From NCBI RefSeq assembly GCF_965641715.1, contig NZ_OZ282453.1: a DNA stretch of 64,000 bases; one strand, 5' to 3'. Positions 24,610 through 34,857 of this stretch are shown here, piece by piece. Below the pieces are notes generated by a model that saw only the letters and a program-made list of their open reading frames with translations, ran no database searches and was not told the origin of the DNA. This DNA comes from Escherichia coli (lineage in GTDB: Bacteria; Pseudomonadota; Gammaproteobacteria; Enterobacterales; Enterobacteriaceae). How positions within the stretch are numbered: position 1 is the stretch's first letter; the number at the start of each line of letters is the position of its first letter. The position numbers and the translations under genes were made by a program.

Positions 24610-24795
24610 GCGCTCTCCCCTCTTGTAGATTGGCAACAGGATAGCAAAACCCCCGCCCGGCCTCGACCTTCTGCACTCTCATCGCGCACGAATGCATGTT
24701 TTATGTGCAACTGTTTTGACCGTTTAGTCCACTTTTTTCCAGATATTTTAGATAACCAGACATTAACACGCTAATAACATTCACTTTTTAAAAAC

Positions 24796-24811
24796 TGGCA
24801 TCCGCTTTGCA
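24796..24811 (+). promoter_or_regulatory. sigma54 (-24/-12) promoter of the rut operon
   Basis: TGGCAT-ccgct-TTGCA against consensus TGGCAC-N5-TTGCW. The rut operon is NtrC/sigma54-dependent (established). Confidence 0.8.
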
Positions 24812-24839
24812 AACAAGCCATTACGCGGCTGAAAAGGAT

Positions 24840-26680
<1,841 letters not shown>

Positions 26681-26691
26681 GGAGTTTAACG

Positions 26692-27078
26692 ATGCCAAAA
26701 TCCGTAATTATTCCCGCTGGCAGCAGCGCACCGCTGGCCCCCTTCGTTCCCGGCACGCTGGCTGATGGCGTGGTGTATGTCTCCGGTACGCTGGCTTTTG
26801 ATCAACATAATAACGTGCTGTTTGCCGATGACCCAAAGGCGCAAACCCGCCACGTTCTGGAAACTATCCGCAAGGTGATCGAGACGGCGGGTGGCACGAT
26901 GGCGGATGTGACCTTCAACAGCATCTTTATTACCGACTGGAAAAATTACGCCGCGATTAACGAAATCTACGCCGAGTTTTTTCCGGGTGATAAACCGGCG
27001 CGATTCTGCATTCAGTGCGGACTGGTAAAACCTGACGCGCTGGTGGAAATCGCCACAATTGCGCATATCGCCAAGTGA
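26692..27078 (+). CDS. rutC: RutC, RidA/YjgF-family aminoacrylate deaminase
   Basis: 128 aa. Synteny. Confidence 0.95.
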
Positions 27079-27085
27079 GGCCGCG

Positions 27086-27886
27086 ATGAAACTTTCACTC
27101 TCACCTCCCCCTTATGCTGATGCACCCGTAGTGGTGTTGATTTCGGGTCTTGGCGGTAGCGGCAGTTACTGGTTACCGCAACTGGCGGTGCTGGAGCAGG
27201 AGTATCAGGTAGTCTGTTACGACCAGCGCGGCACCGGCAATAATCCCGACACACTGGCAGAAGATTACAGTATCGCCCAGATGGCAGCGGAACTGCATCA
27301 GGCGCTGGTAGCCGCAGGGATTGAGCATTACGCAGTGGTCGGCCATGCGCTCGGTGCGCTGGTGGGAATGCAGCTGGCGCTGGATTATCCCGCGTCGGTA
27401 ACTGTGCTGGTCAGCGTAAACGGCTGGCTACGAATAAACACCCATACGCGCCGCTGTTTTCAGGTTCGCGAACGATTACTGTATAGCGGCGGCGCGCAGG
27501 CATGGGTGGAAGCGCAGCCGTTGTTCCTCTATCCCGCCGACTGGATGGCGGCCCGCGCACCTCGCCTGGAGGCAGAAGACGCGCTGGCACTGGCGCATTT
27601 TCAGGGCAAAAATAATTTACTGCGTCGACTTAACGCCCTCAAACGCGCTGACTTTAGTCATCATGCGGTTCGCATCCGCTGCCCGGTGCAAATCATCTGC
27701 GCCAGTGATGATCTGCTGGTGCCATCAGCATGTTCCAGTGAACTTCATGCCGCCCTGCCCGATAGCCAGAAAATGGTGATGCGCTATGGCGGACACGCCT
27801 GCAACGTGACCGATCCCGAAACATTTAATGCTCTGTTACTCAACGGGCTTGCCAGCCTGTTACATCACCGTGAAGCCGCCCTGTAA
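27086..27886 (+). CDS. rutD: RutD, alpha/beta hydrolase
   Basis: 266 aa from [15 protein letters not shown] nucleophile elbow. Confidence 0.94.
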   Translation: MKLSLSPPPYADAPVVVLISGLGGSGSYWLPQLAVLEQEYQVVCYDQRGTGNNPDTLAEDYSIAQMAAELHQALVAAGIEHYAVVGHALGALVGMQLALDYPASVTVLVSVNGWLRINTHTRRCFQVRERLLYSGGAQAWVEAQPLFLYPADWMAARAPRLEAEDALALAHFQGKNNLLRRLNALKRADFSHHAVRIRCPVQIICASDDLLVPSACSSELHAALPDSQKMVMRYGGHACNVTDPETFNALLLNGLASLLHHREAAL

Positions 27887-27895
27887 GGAATTGCT

Positions 27896-28486
27896 ATGAA
27901 CGAAGCCGTTAGCCCAGGTGCGCTTAGCACCCTGTTCACCGATGCCCGCACTCACAACGCCTGGCGGGAGACACCCGTCAGCGATGAGACGTTACGGGAG
28001 CTTTATGCCCTGATGAAATGGGGGCCGACATCAGCTAACTGTTCTCCGGCACGTATCGTGTTTATCCGCACTGCAGAGGGAAAAGAACGTCTGCGCCCGG
28101 CGCTTTCCAGCGGCAATCTGCAAAAAACCCTGACCGCGCCCGTCACCGCTATCGTCGCATGGGACAGTGAATTTTATGAACGGTTACCGCAACTGTTTCC
28201 TCACGGCGATGCCCGCAGTTGGTTTACCTCCAGCCCACAACTTGCCGAAGAAACAGCGTTTCGCAACAGTTCCATGCAGGCGGCTTATCTTATCATCGCC
28301 TGCCGTGCGCTGGGGCTGGATACCGGCCCGATGTCGGGTTTTGACCGTCAACACGTAGACGACGCTTTTTTTGCAGGCAGCACGCTGAAGAGCAATCTGC
28401 TGATTAATATCGGCTATGGCGATAGCAGCAAACTTTTTGCGCGCCTGCCACGTCTGTCCTTTGAAGAAGCCTGCGGGCTGTTGTAA
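27896..28486 (+). CDS. rutE: RutE, nitroreductase-like malonic semialdehyde reductase
   Basis: 196 aa. Synteny. Confidence 0.94.
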   Translation: MNEAVSPGALSTLFTDARTHNAWRETPVSDETLRELYALMKWGPTSANCSPARIVFIRTAEGKERLRPALSSGNLQKTLTAPVTAIVAWDSEFYERLPQLFPHGDARSWFTSSPQLAEETAFRNSSMQAAYLIIACRALGLDTGPMSGFDRQHVDDAFFAGSTLKSNLLINIGYGDSSKLFARLPRLSFEEACGLL

Positions 28487-28496
28487 GGAGCAAACT

Positions 28497-28991
28497 ATGA
28501 ACATTGTCGATCAACAAACTTTTCGCGATGCGATGTCCTGCATGGGTGCGGCGGTCAATATCATCACCACGGACGGTCCAGCCGGGCGCGCCGGGTTCAC
28601 CGCCAGCGCCGTCTGCAGCGTGACCGACACGCCTCCCACATTACTGGTGTGCCTGAATCGTGGGGCTTCCGTCTGGCCGGTATTCAATGAAAATCGAACG
28701 CTGTGTGTAAATACACTTAGCGCCGGGCAGGAGCCGCTTTCAAACCTTTTTGGCGGCAAAACGCCCATGGAACACCGCTTTGCCGCCGCCCGCTGGCAGA
28801 CGGGTGTGACCGGATGCCCGCAACTGGAAGAGGCGCTGGTTTCGTTTGACTGCCGTATCAGCCAGGTGGTGAGCATCGGCACCCACGACATTCTGTTTTG
28901 CGCCATCGAAGCGATTCATCGTCACGCCACACCCTACGGGCTGGTGTGGTTCGATCGCAGTTATCACGCGCTGATGCGCCCTGCTTGTTAA
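28497..28991 (+). CDS. rutF: RutF, flavin reductase
   Basis: 164 aa from [10 protein letters not shown]. Confidence 0.94.
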   Translation: MNIVDQQTFRDAMSCMGAAVNIITTDGPAGRAGFTASAVCSVTDTPPTLLVCLNRGASVWPVFNENRTLCVNTLSAGQEPLSNLFGGKTPMEHRFAAARWQTGVTGCPQLEEALVSFDCRISQVVSIGTHDILFCAIEAIHRHATPYGLVWFDRSYHALMRPAC

Positions 28992-29011
28992 CCTCCTTAA
29001 GGAGACAGCTG

Positions 29012-30340
29012 ATGGCAATGTTCGGTCTTCCTCACTGGCAGTTAAAATCGACCTCTACAGAGAGCGGCGTGGTCGCGCCGGATGAACGATTGCCGTTTGC
29101 TCAGACGGCAATAATGGGCGTTCAACACGCGGTGGCGATGTTTGGCGCGACGGTGTTAATGCCGATTCTGATGGGGCTGGATCCCAATCTTTCCATTTTA
29201 ATGTCGGGGATCGGCACGTTACTGTTTTTCTTTATTACCGGCGGGCGCGTTCCCAGTTATCTCGGTTCCAGCGCGGCTTTTGTTGGTGTGGTGATTGCTG
29301 CAACGGGCTTTAACGGCCAGGGGATTAACCCAAATATCAGCATCGCGCTGGGCGGGATTATCGCCTGTGGGCTGGTTTATACCGTCATTGGCCTGGTGGT
29401 GGTGAAAATCGGCACGCGCTGGATTGAACGGCTAATGCCGCCGGTGGTGACGGGTGCGGTGGTGATGGCGATTGGCCTGAACTTAGCGCCTATCGCGGTA
29501 AAAAGTGTATCGGCTTCAGGCTTTGATAGCTGGATGGCGGTAATGACGGTGCTGTGTATTGGGCTGGTGGCGGTGTTTACCCGTGGCATGATCCAGCGGT
29601 TATTGATTCTTGTAGGATTAATTGTCGCCTGTCTGCTGTATGGCGTGATGACCAACGTTTTAGGGCTGGGAAAAGCCGTCGATTTTACTCTCGTCAGCCA
29701 TGCTGCCTGGTTCGGTCTGCCACATTTTTCCACTCCTGCTTTTAATGGTCAGGCAATGATGCTGATTGCGCCCGTGGCGGTGATTCTGGTGGCGGAAAAC
29801 TTAGGTCATCTCAAGGCGGTCGCCGGGATGACCGGACGCAATATGGACCCGTATATGGGGCGAGCATTCGTAGGCGATGGTCTGGCAACGATGCTTTCTG
29901 GTTCTGTCGGTGGCAGCGGCGTAACCACCTACGCCGAGAATATCGGTGTAATGGCCGTGACAAAAGTCTACTCGACGCTGGTGTTTGTCGCTGCTGCCGT
30001 CATCGCCATGCTGTTGGGCTTTTCACCGAAATTTGGCGCGCTGATTCATACCATTCCGGCCGCGGTGATTGGTGGTGCATCAATTGTTGTGTTCGGGCTG
30101 ATTGCCGTCGCAGGCGCAAGGATATGGGTACAAAACCGTGTCGATTTAAGCCAGAACGGTAATTTGATTATGGTCGCAGTAACCTTAGTGCTGGGCGCGG
30201 GTGATTTTGCTCTCACGCTGGGCGGTTTTACGTTGGGAGGAATCGGTACAGCAACCTTTGGCGCGATTTTACTCAATGCGTTATTAAGCAGAAGGTTGGT
30301 TGACGTTCCACCGCCAGAAGTTGTTCATCAGGAGCCATAA
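29012..30340 (+). CDS. rutG: RutG, pyrimidine (NCS2 family) permease
   Basis: 442 aa from MAMFGLPHWQ. SD AAGGAG upstream. Confidence 0.94.
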   Translation: MAMFGLPHWQLKSTSTESGVVAPDERLPFAQTAIMGVQHAVAMFGATVLMPILMGLDPNLSILMSGIGTLLFFFITGGRVPSYLGSSAAFVGVVIAATGFNGQGINPNISIALGGIIACGLVYTVIGLVVVKIGTRWIERLMPPVVTGAVVMAIGLNLAPIAVKSVSASGFDSWMAVMTVLCIGLVAVFTRGMIQRLLILVGLIVACLLYGVMTNVLGLGKAVDFTLVSHAAWFGLPHFSTPAFNGQAMMLIAPVAVILVAENLGHLKAVAGMTGRNMDPYMGRAFVGDGLATMLSGSVGGSGVTTYAENIGVMAVTKVYSTLVFVAAAVIAMLLGFSPKFGALIHTIPAAVIGGASIVVFGLIAVAGARIWVQNRVDLSQNGNLIMVAVTLVLGAGDFALTLGGFTLGGIGTATFGAILLNALLSRRLVDVPPPEVVHQEP

Positions 30341-30347
30341 ACAGAAA

Positions 30348-30380
30348 ACCGCCGGGATTACCGGCGGTGATGACTTTTTG
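30348..30380 (+). terminator. intrinsic terminator after rutG
   Basis: ACCGCCGG-gatta-CCGGCGGT 8-bp stem followed by gatgacttttt. Confidence 0.75.
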
Positions 30381-30422
30381 ACGAGCTTAAGAAAAAAATG
30401 CATTCGTCATTGATTAGCCCGG

Positions 30423-30596
30423 CTAGTTGTCGCTTTTGCCGTGACTGCTCTTGCCACCTTTTTTACCTGCTTCAGATGCGCGCTGCGGGTCATTCTTGAA
30501 ATTACCCCCGCTGTGCTGTCCACCTTTTTTACCTGCTTCTGATGCTCTTTCGCGGTCTTCTGCAAAATTGCCGGAACCGCCTCGATGGTTTGCCAT
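30423..30596 (-). CDS. ymdF: YmdF, KGG-repeat stress-induced small protein
   Basis: 57 aa from MANHRGGSGNF. Repeated ASEAGKKGG. Matches YmdF. Confidence 0.9.
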   Translation of the reverse strand: MANHRGGSGNFAEDRERASEAGKKGGQHSGGNFKNDPQRASEAGKKGGKSSHGKSDN

Positions 30597-30963
30597 TACT
30601 GACCTCCGTCTGGGTATAGACATCATATTGCATAGAATTAACGCGGCGTATGGCGGCTGCCATATTTTCGCTACGTGGGACTAAGCTTAGTGAACTGACG
30701 CGGGCAGACCCGCGTTTGGTAATATCCTGCAACAGCTTCTTAGCGAGAATAGATATCATCTCCAATAATTATCTATAAGCCGCTCTTATGATTAAAAAAA
30801 CGCGATGAGATAAAAATGTGTCATTTTGCGACAAAATTGCGTGCTTGTGAAAGTTGTTATAAATCAAATAAGTGGTTGTGAAATTTGCACTCTGAAAAGG
30901 ACGTCTTATCTTTAAATAAGTGGTAGCGAATCGCTACGGAATAGAGATAACACGAGGAGTGGT

Positions 30964-31005
30964 TAGAAATGGCTAAAGTTCTGGTGCTTTTACATAGCTA
31001 AACAC
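30964..31005. other. attL of the wrbA island (proposed crossover GT at 30984-30985)
   Basis: The host-to-island transition is located by comparison with the attR junction. GTGCTTT is shared at 30984-30990 and 42533-42539. Confidence 0.7.
30969..31001 (+). pseudogene. wrbA: orphaned native 5' end of wrbA (MAKVLVLLHS*), severed by island insertion
   Basis: ATGGCTAAAGTTCTGGTGCTTT equals the remembered native wrbA start (MAKVLVLYYS...). The sequence diverges after 30990 and hits TAA at 30999-31001. Confidence 0.85.
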
Positions 31006-31329
31006 GTACATTCAACTACCTGTTAATTACAGGACATAAACAGGTTAGTACCTATTCAATTTAAAGGCATTTCCCCAAGTATCTAAGCAATTCTACACAG
31101 ATTCTATGCAGTATCGGTATAGTCCCTTTTTATCATAACTTATTGAAATATATAAAGAATCTGTGAAGTATCTTTTCAGGGTAAACTGTATCGTGTTAGT
31201 CGTCCCTCTCCAGACACTACATATAGTGCTATATACAGGGTTATATAGCGATGTATAGATGCTTGGTCACCATACGTTACAGTTGCAAGAGATAACAATC
31301 AGCTATGTGAAAGTTAGGAAGTGATGGTT

Positions 31330-31367
31330 ATAGTTGATTCGGTTAGTTCTAGGAATCAACCTCATAG
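31330..31367 (+). repeat. hairpin unit U1 (ATAGTTGATTC...CTCATAG family)
   Basis: Stem GTTGATTC (31333-31340) / GAATCAAC (31353-31360), 12-nt loop, then CTCATAG. Confidence 0.7.
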
Positions 31368-31934
31368 TTACCTTGTCAAATCTTCGTAGTTCCTCTTAAA
31401 AAATCACTTACAGACACCTTAATATCTATACAGATTTCATGTAGAACACGATTAGTGCGTAAAAAAGCTATTATGTTAAAAACGCACTGTATACGTATCA
31501 GTACTGATTTATAAGGGTTTTGTGTATTGGCTGATAAGAGGCTATACAGCACCTTGAGAGCATGTCTTGTAAGTCATTGATACATAAGGTCACAGAAGTT
31601 TGTAGCTGTTACAGAGAAAACTGGATAGGACTTCACAGGACTATAAAATGTTACAGCAATTGATAGGTGAAATCTTCTTGATAGATGCTGTGAAGTGTGA
31701 TGAAGGTTTCTTGAGGTGGAGTTAACAGATGCTATGAAGAAAGTCAATAGATATTTTAAAATTCTGCAAAGGGGGCCACATAGCTGGTGTGACGGGTACT
31801 TAGCAGGTATAGACCTGTGATAGATATTTTCGAAGATTCGGGGAAGATGAGATTCAAAGAGGACTAGTCATTTTTTATAAAAATTTTCAGAGTCTGAAAA
31901 GTTACTGCACAGATTTTGCACAATCCTACCAAGC

Positions 31935-31969
31935 CTCATAGTTGATTCGATTAGAAGCTAATCTCATAG
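31935..31969 (+). repeat. hairpin unit U2
   Basis: CTCATAG-TTGATTC, then stem GATTAG / CTAATC with loop AAG, then (C)TCATAG. Confidence 0.7.
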
Positions 31970-31972
31970 AAA

Positions 31973-32085
31973 GCTCTGTAGCGAGTTTTAACCCCATTTT
32001 TAGGGGTAACCTGTAGGGATGTACCACCCACCTTAAAATAAAGGGGTAAAATCGCTTAGAATGCGTTACAGAGCGTCTGAGAAGC
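31973..32085. repeat. inverted-repeat arm Y (partner 35643-35755)
   Basis: The reverse complement aligns without gaps to 35643-35755. 81 of 113 positions are identical by hand count. Confidence 0.75.
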
Positions 32086-32596
32086 CATATTCACAGATTT
32101 TACTAAAACCTCAGACTTCTAAGTGGTCTTTTTAACAGGAGGGTTCTTTCTCATGTATCACCCTCTCTTCCCGCCAAGTAAGCTACACAGACCTAGAGAA
32201 TATGCCTTCACAGCATCTATATCAGGTCAGATTTAGAGGTCTTGATAGAATCTTCAAAGGTACTTGACAGATAACTATGAAGTTGTTAGGAAGGGGTGTT
32301 TAACGGGGGAAGAGATACGATATAACCCGAAGGGGAGAGTATCATCTTAACAGTGATTGTAAGAGTAAAACTGAAAAGATACTTAACAGAACTACCAAGA
32401 GGGAGCGATAAGACCAGAGGTAGTGACCTGTTAAACAGTTCGTTTCAAAGCTCTTAAGAGTCTGTTAAGTAAGGTCATGTGAACAATCATATCATTTTGT
32501 CAATGCTTTTGTCTTTGACCTAAATCAATAAAATGTATCGTTTGATGTGCTTTTAAACAAAATAGTTAAAAATCTTTTTAGAGGGGCGCTTCGCTT

Positions 32597-33265
32597 GTGT
32601 CACATCCAATAATCCATATCGGTCGTTATCATGGTGGTTCTGATGACTGGCGTACACCGTATCGTCTATTTCATAACCTGCATCGTGAGTATAGCTTCAG
32701 TCTAGATGGCGCTGCAACTGAGCATGACGCATTGTTGCCACGGTTCACCGATGATATAAACCGTCAATCATGGGTTGGTGAACGGGTCTTCGTTAACCCG
32801 CCGTTTAGCATGGCTGAACAGTTCCTCGCAAAAGCCCCTGAAGCTGATGTGTGTGTATGTCTGGTTCCGCACAGGTCAAAGACAACTTACTGGCTTCGGT
32901 GTGTATATACAAACCCCTTCCTGCATGAGATTCGAACATTACACCGAGCGGTTAAATACCTTCCACCAGCAGGAAAGAGAGGTGTTGTAGCGCGTTCACC
33001 ATTTGCAAGCTGTGTTTTGATATACAGGAACACACCCCGTAAACCGAAGGTTGAAATTACCCAGACAATCTATTGTGGCGACACAATGCTTTTACTTGCC
33101 GTGGTTAATAGGGGTGGTTTACGTGGAAGACCTCATATACACGATGCACAGACGCTTGACAGGTTGATTAAAATGCATGACCAAGGGCAATCCGTCAAGA
33201 GTATCGCAGAATCGCTAAGAATGCCTCTAAGCACCACTTACAGGATTGTTCAAAGGTTGAGCTAA
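32597..33265 (+). CDS. phage Dam-family N6-adenine DNA methyltransferase fused to a C-terminal resolvase-type HTH
   Basis: GTG start with GAGGGG 10 nt upstream. DWRTP...FSLDGAA and VFVNPPFS (motif IV) resemble the phage T1/Stx-phage Dam family. The C-terminus GRPHIHDAQTLDRLIKMHDQGQSVKSIAESLRMPLSTTYRIV resembles the Hin/resolvase HTH. Confidence 0.75.
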   Translation: MSHPIIHIGRYHGGSDDWRTPYRLFHNLHREYSFSLDGAATEHDALLPRFTDDINRQSWVGERVFVNPPFSMAEQFLAKAPEADVCVCLVPHRSKTTYWLRCVYTNPFLHEIRTLHRAVKYLPPAGKRGVVARSPFASCVLIYRNTPRKPKVEITQTIYCGDTMLLLAVVNRGGLRGRPHIHDAQTLDRLIKMHDQGQSVKSIAESLRMPLSTTYRIVQRLS

Positions 33266-33266
33266 A

Positions 33267-33296
33267 ATTCTCATATAGAGCACTGATTATGAGAAT
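33267..33296 (+). terminator. 9-bp perfect hairpin directly after the methyltransferase stop
   Basis: ATTCTCATA (33267-33275) / TATGAGAAT (33288-33296), 12-nt loop. No clear T-tract, so its function is uncertain. Confidence 0.35.
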
Positions 33297-33474
33297 GTTA
33301 AAGAGGCGATTTCCCCTTTCTGGGGTTATTCGCTTTTTACTGGAAGGGTTATTTTACAGAGGTTTTTCAAACCCCCTCAATAATAAAAAACGAGCAACAA
33401 ACGAAGAGCGAGAAATAAAATATTGAGACTGGTGAACGGGGTCTGTAAAGATTGTTTAAGAAGTCGGTTTAGGG

Positions 33475-33518
33475 ATTGGTAGATGATTCGGATGAAGCAT
33501 CCTCATAACAATACCAAT
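33475..33518 (+). repeat. hairpin unit U3 (nested stems)
   Basis: Outer stem ATTGGTA / TACCAAT. TGATTCG. Inner stem GGATG-AAG-CATCC, then TCATAA. Confidence 0.65.
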
Positions 33519-33574
33519 TAGAAGGTGGCTCTCCCTTTCTGGGGATATCGCCTTGTATCTTAGTGAGTCCAGGA

Positions 33575-33751
33575 AGTTCTCTGTGAAGGGACTTGTCAGT
33601 CCTTTATATTGGCTAATTACAACTTATTGAAAAATAAGCATTTTTAGAAATCACTGTTAAGGTTACAGAGTTCTCTGTGAAGAGACTCGTCAGCTCTCTA
33701 TATTGGCTAATTACAACTCATTGAAAAATAAGCATTTTTAGAAATTGCTGT
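33575..33751 (+). repeat. two direct 83-bp repeats with 94-bp period
   Basis: 33575-33657 against 33669-33751: 75/83 identical by hand count. Each copy contains CTGTGAAG...CTTGTCAG/CTCGTCAG and the hairpin CTTATT-gaaa-AATAAG (copy A; copy B reads CTCATT). Confidence 0.85.
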
Positions 33752-33871
33752 CAGAGAGGTGAGTACTTGATAGATACAGCTTTCCGGTTCTGTCAAGATA
33801 TTTTTTAATAGATAGCACAAAATGCTAAAGATACCCCTATACCATCACGTACAGGGGGTTTTGAAGGGAGT

Positions 33872-34060
33872 TTAACGGGGTTCTGTGTGGTTATCTGTTC
33901 TGGTCCTGTCCTTGAGGTCAAATGACCATTCACGACCAAACAATCTGAACACGATAAACACCCGAACGATGAAATAGCGGAGCAGAAGACCTGCAATCAG
34001 CCCAACACCTCCACCAGCCCATACATCAGGTGACCCCAGCTCAGGAGGGAGATTTACCAT
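33872..34060 (-). CDS. possible small membrane protein (62 aa from the internal ATG; 74 aa from the first ATG at 34096)
   Basis: Only minus-strand ORF in the island besides int. This patch is visibly more GC-rich than the surrounding non-coding DNA. AGGAA lies upstream of ATG 34060. TM segment GGGVGLIAGLLLRYFIVRVFIVF followed by a basic tail. Confidence 0.35.
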   Translation of the reverse strand: MVNLPPELGSPDVWAGGGVGLIAGLLLRYFIVRVFIVFRLFGREWSFDLKDRTRTDNHTEPR

Positions 34061-34097
34061 TAAATTTCCTGTGTGCAATGCAATACCATGTGACATA

Positions 34098-34153
34098 CAT
34101 AGTTGATTCGGTTAGTTGGGCTTGTACCAACCCCTATCGAATAAACCTCATAG
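34098..34153 (+). repeat. hairpin unit U4 (nested stems)
   Basis: CATAGTTGATTCGGTTAGTT is identical to U1 over 19 nt. Outer stem TTGATTCG / CGAATAAA, inner stem GTTGG / CCAAC, ends in CTCATAG. Confidence 0.7.
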
Positions 34154-34222
34154 CCACGCTTCATATTTCCCCCTCTCTCATAAACCATTATACCACAAAT
34201 GTTACGAAATTGTTAAAAATAC

Positions 34223-34251
34223 TTGACATTAGTCTTTGAAAATGCTAGTAT
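34223..34251 (+). promoter_or_regulatory. island promoter P1 (sigma70-type)
   Basis: TTGACA-17 nt-TAGTAT, preceded by TGTTAAAAAT and followed by TGTATATA. It is a near-copy of P2. A GTTAA-N7-TTAAC palindrome follows at 34261-34277. Confidence 0.65.
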
Positions 34252-34299
34252 TGTATATAAGTTAACAGAGAATTAACAATTATAAGGACTAGCTTATGA

Positions 34300-34857
34300 A
34301 TGAACGACAGAGAATTTAGAGCGATGCTTCAGGCATCGAGACAACGTAACAGATACAACTCCTACAGCTACACAGACACCCCCACCAGCTACGAACTACC
34401 CAAGCTCACCAGAGCAGAACGCAAAGGCCTTGATGAATTAATTCGTAGCATTACGCCACGAGATAGATTTATGCCAACCAGAAAGAGCACGAAGAACACT
34501 ATTAAAAATTATCTGGCTAACTTTGACAGCTACGAACAATTACCAAGTAAGCTTGATGATGTAATTATCGGATTCTGTAGAAGTGAAGGTCACCCGAAAT
34601 ACAACAAAAAACTATTTTATCTTCTAAAGAATCTTGACGAAATTAACTCAGCCACCGTGACAAATCATCTTCAGCGTCAAGCAACCAGACTTAGCCATGA
34701 ATTACCAAGCGATAAATATTGCGCTTTGCTTGCTGTAATGTGCGCAAAGTTAATTGGTGTTGTTGAGCATCATATTGCCGTTGGAAATATTGAGCCAATG
34801 GAAAACGAGCAACCAGATTTCGAGTTTGACCCGTATTTAGTTACAGAGGAATTTTAA
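34300..34857 (+). CDS. hypothetical protein, 185 aa
   Basis: AAGGA upstream. First gene after P1. No family recognised. Confidence 0.65.
   Translation: MNDREFRAMLQASRQRNRYNSYSYTDTPTSYELPKLTRAERKGLDELIRSITPRDRFMPTRKSTKNTIKNYLANFDSYEQLPSKLDDVIIGFCRSEGHPKYNKKLFYLLKNLDEINSATVTNHLQRQATRLSHELPSDKYCALLAVMCAKLIGVVEHHIAVGNIEPMENEQPDFEFDPYLVTEEF

Noticed and set aside
32153-32236. 27-codon ORF with an AGGAGGG SD in the left non-coding arm
   Set aside because: The SD is good, but the sequence overlaps several repeat words and I cannot assess conservation. The evidence is too weak to call it a gene.
30991-32596. Possible CRISPR array, tRNA cluster or retron/DGR template in the repeat-rich ORF-free arm
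   Set aside because: The repeats are short words at irregular spacing rather than 25-40-bp repeats with regular spacers. I found no T-loop-like GTTCRANYC motifs, and no reverse transcriptase or cas genes anywhere in the window.
34030-34239. 69-aa + strand ORF in the island
   Set aside because: It runs through hairpin unit U4 and the P1 promoter, has no RBS, and overlaps the more plausible minus-strand membrane ORF. The alternative minus-frame ORF 33805-33996 was also rejected as a shadow frame.
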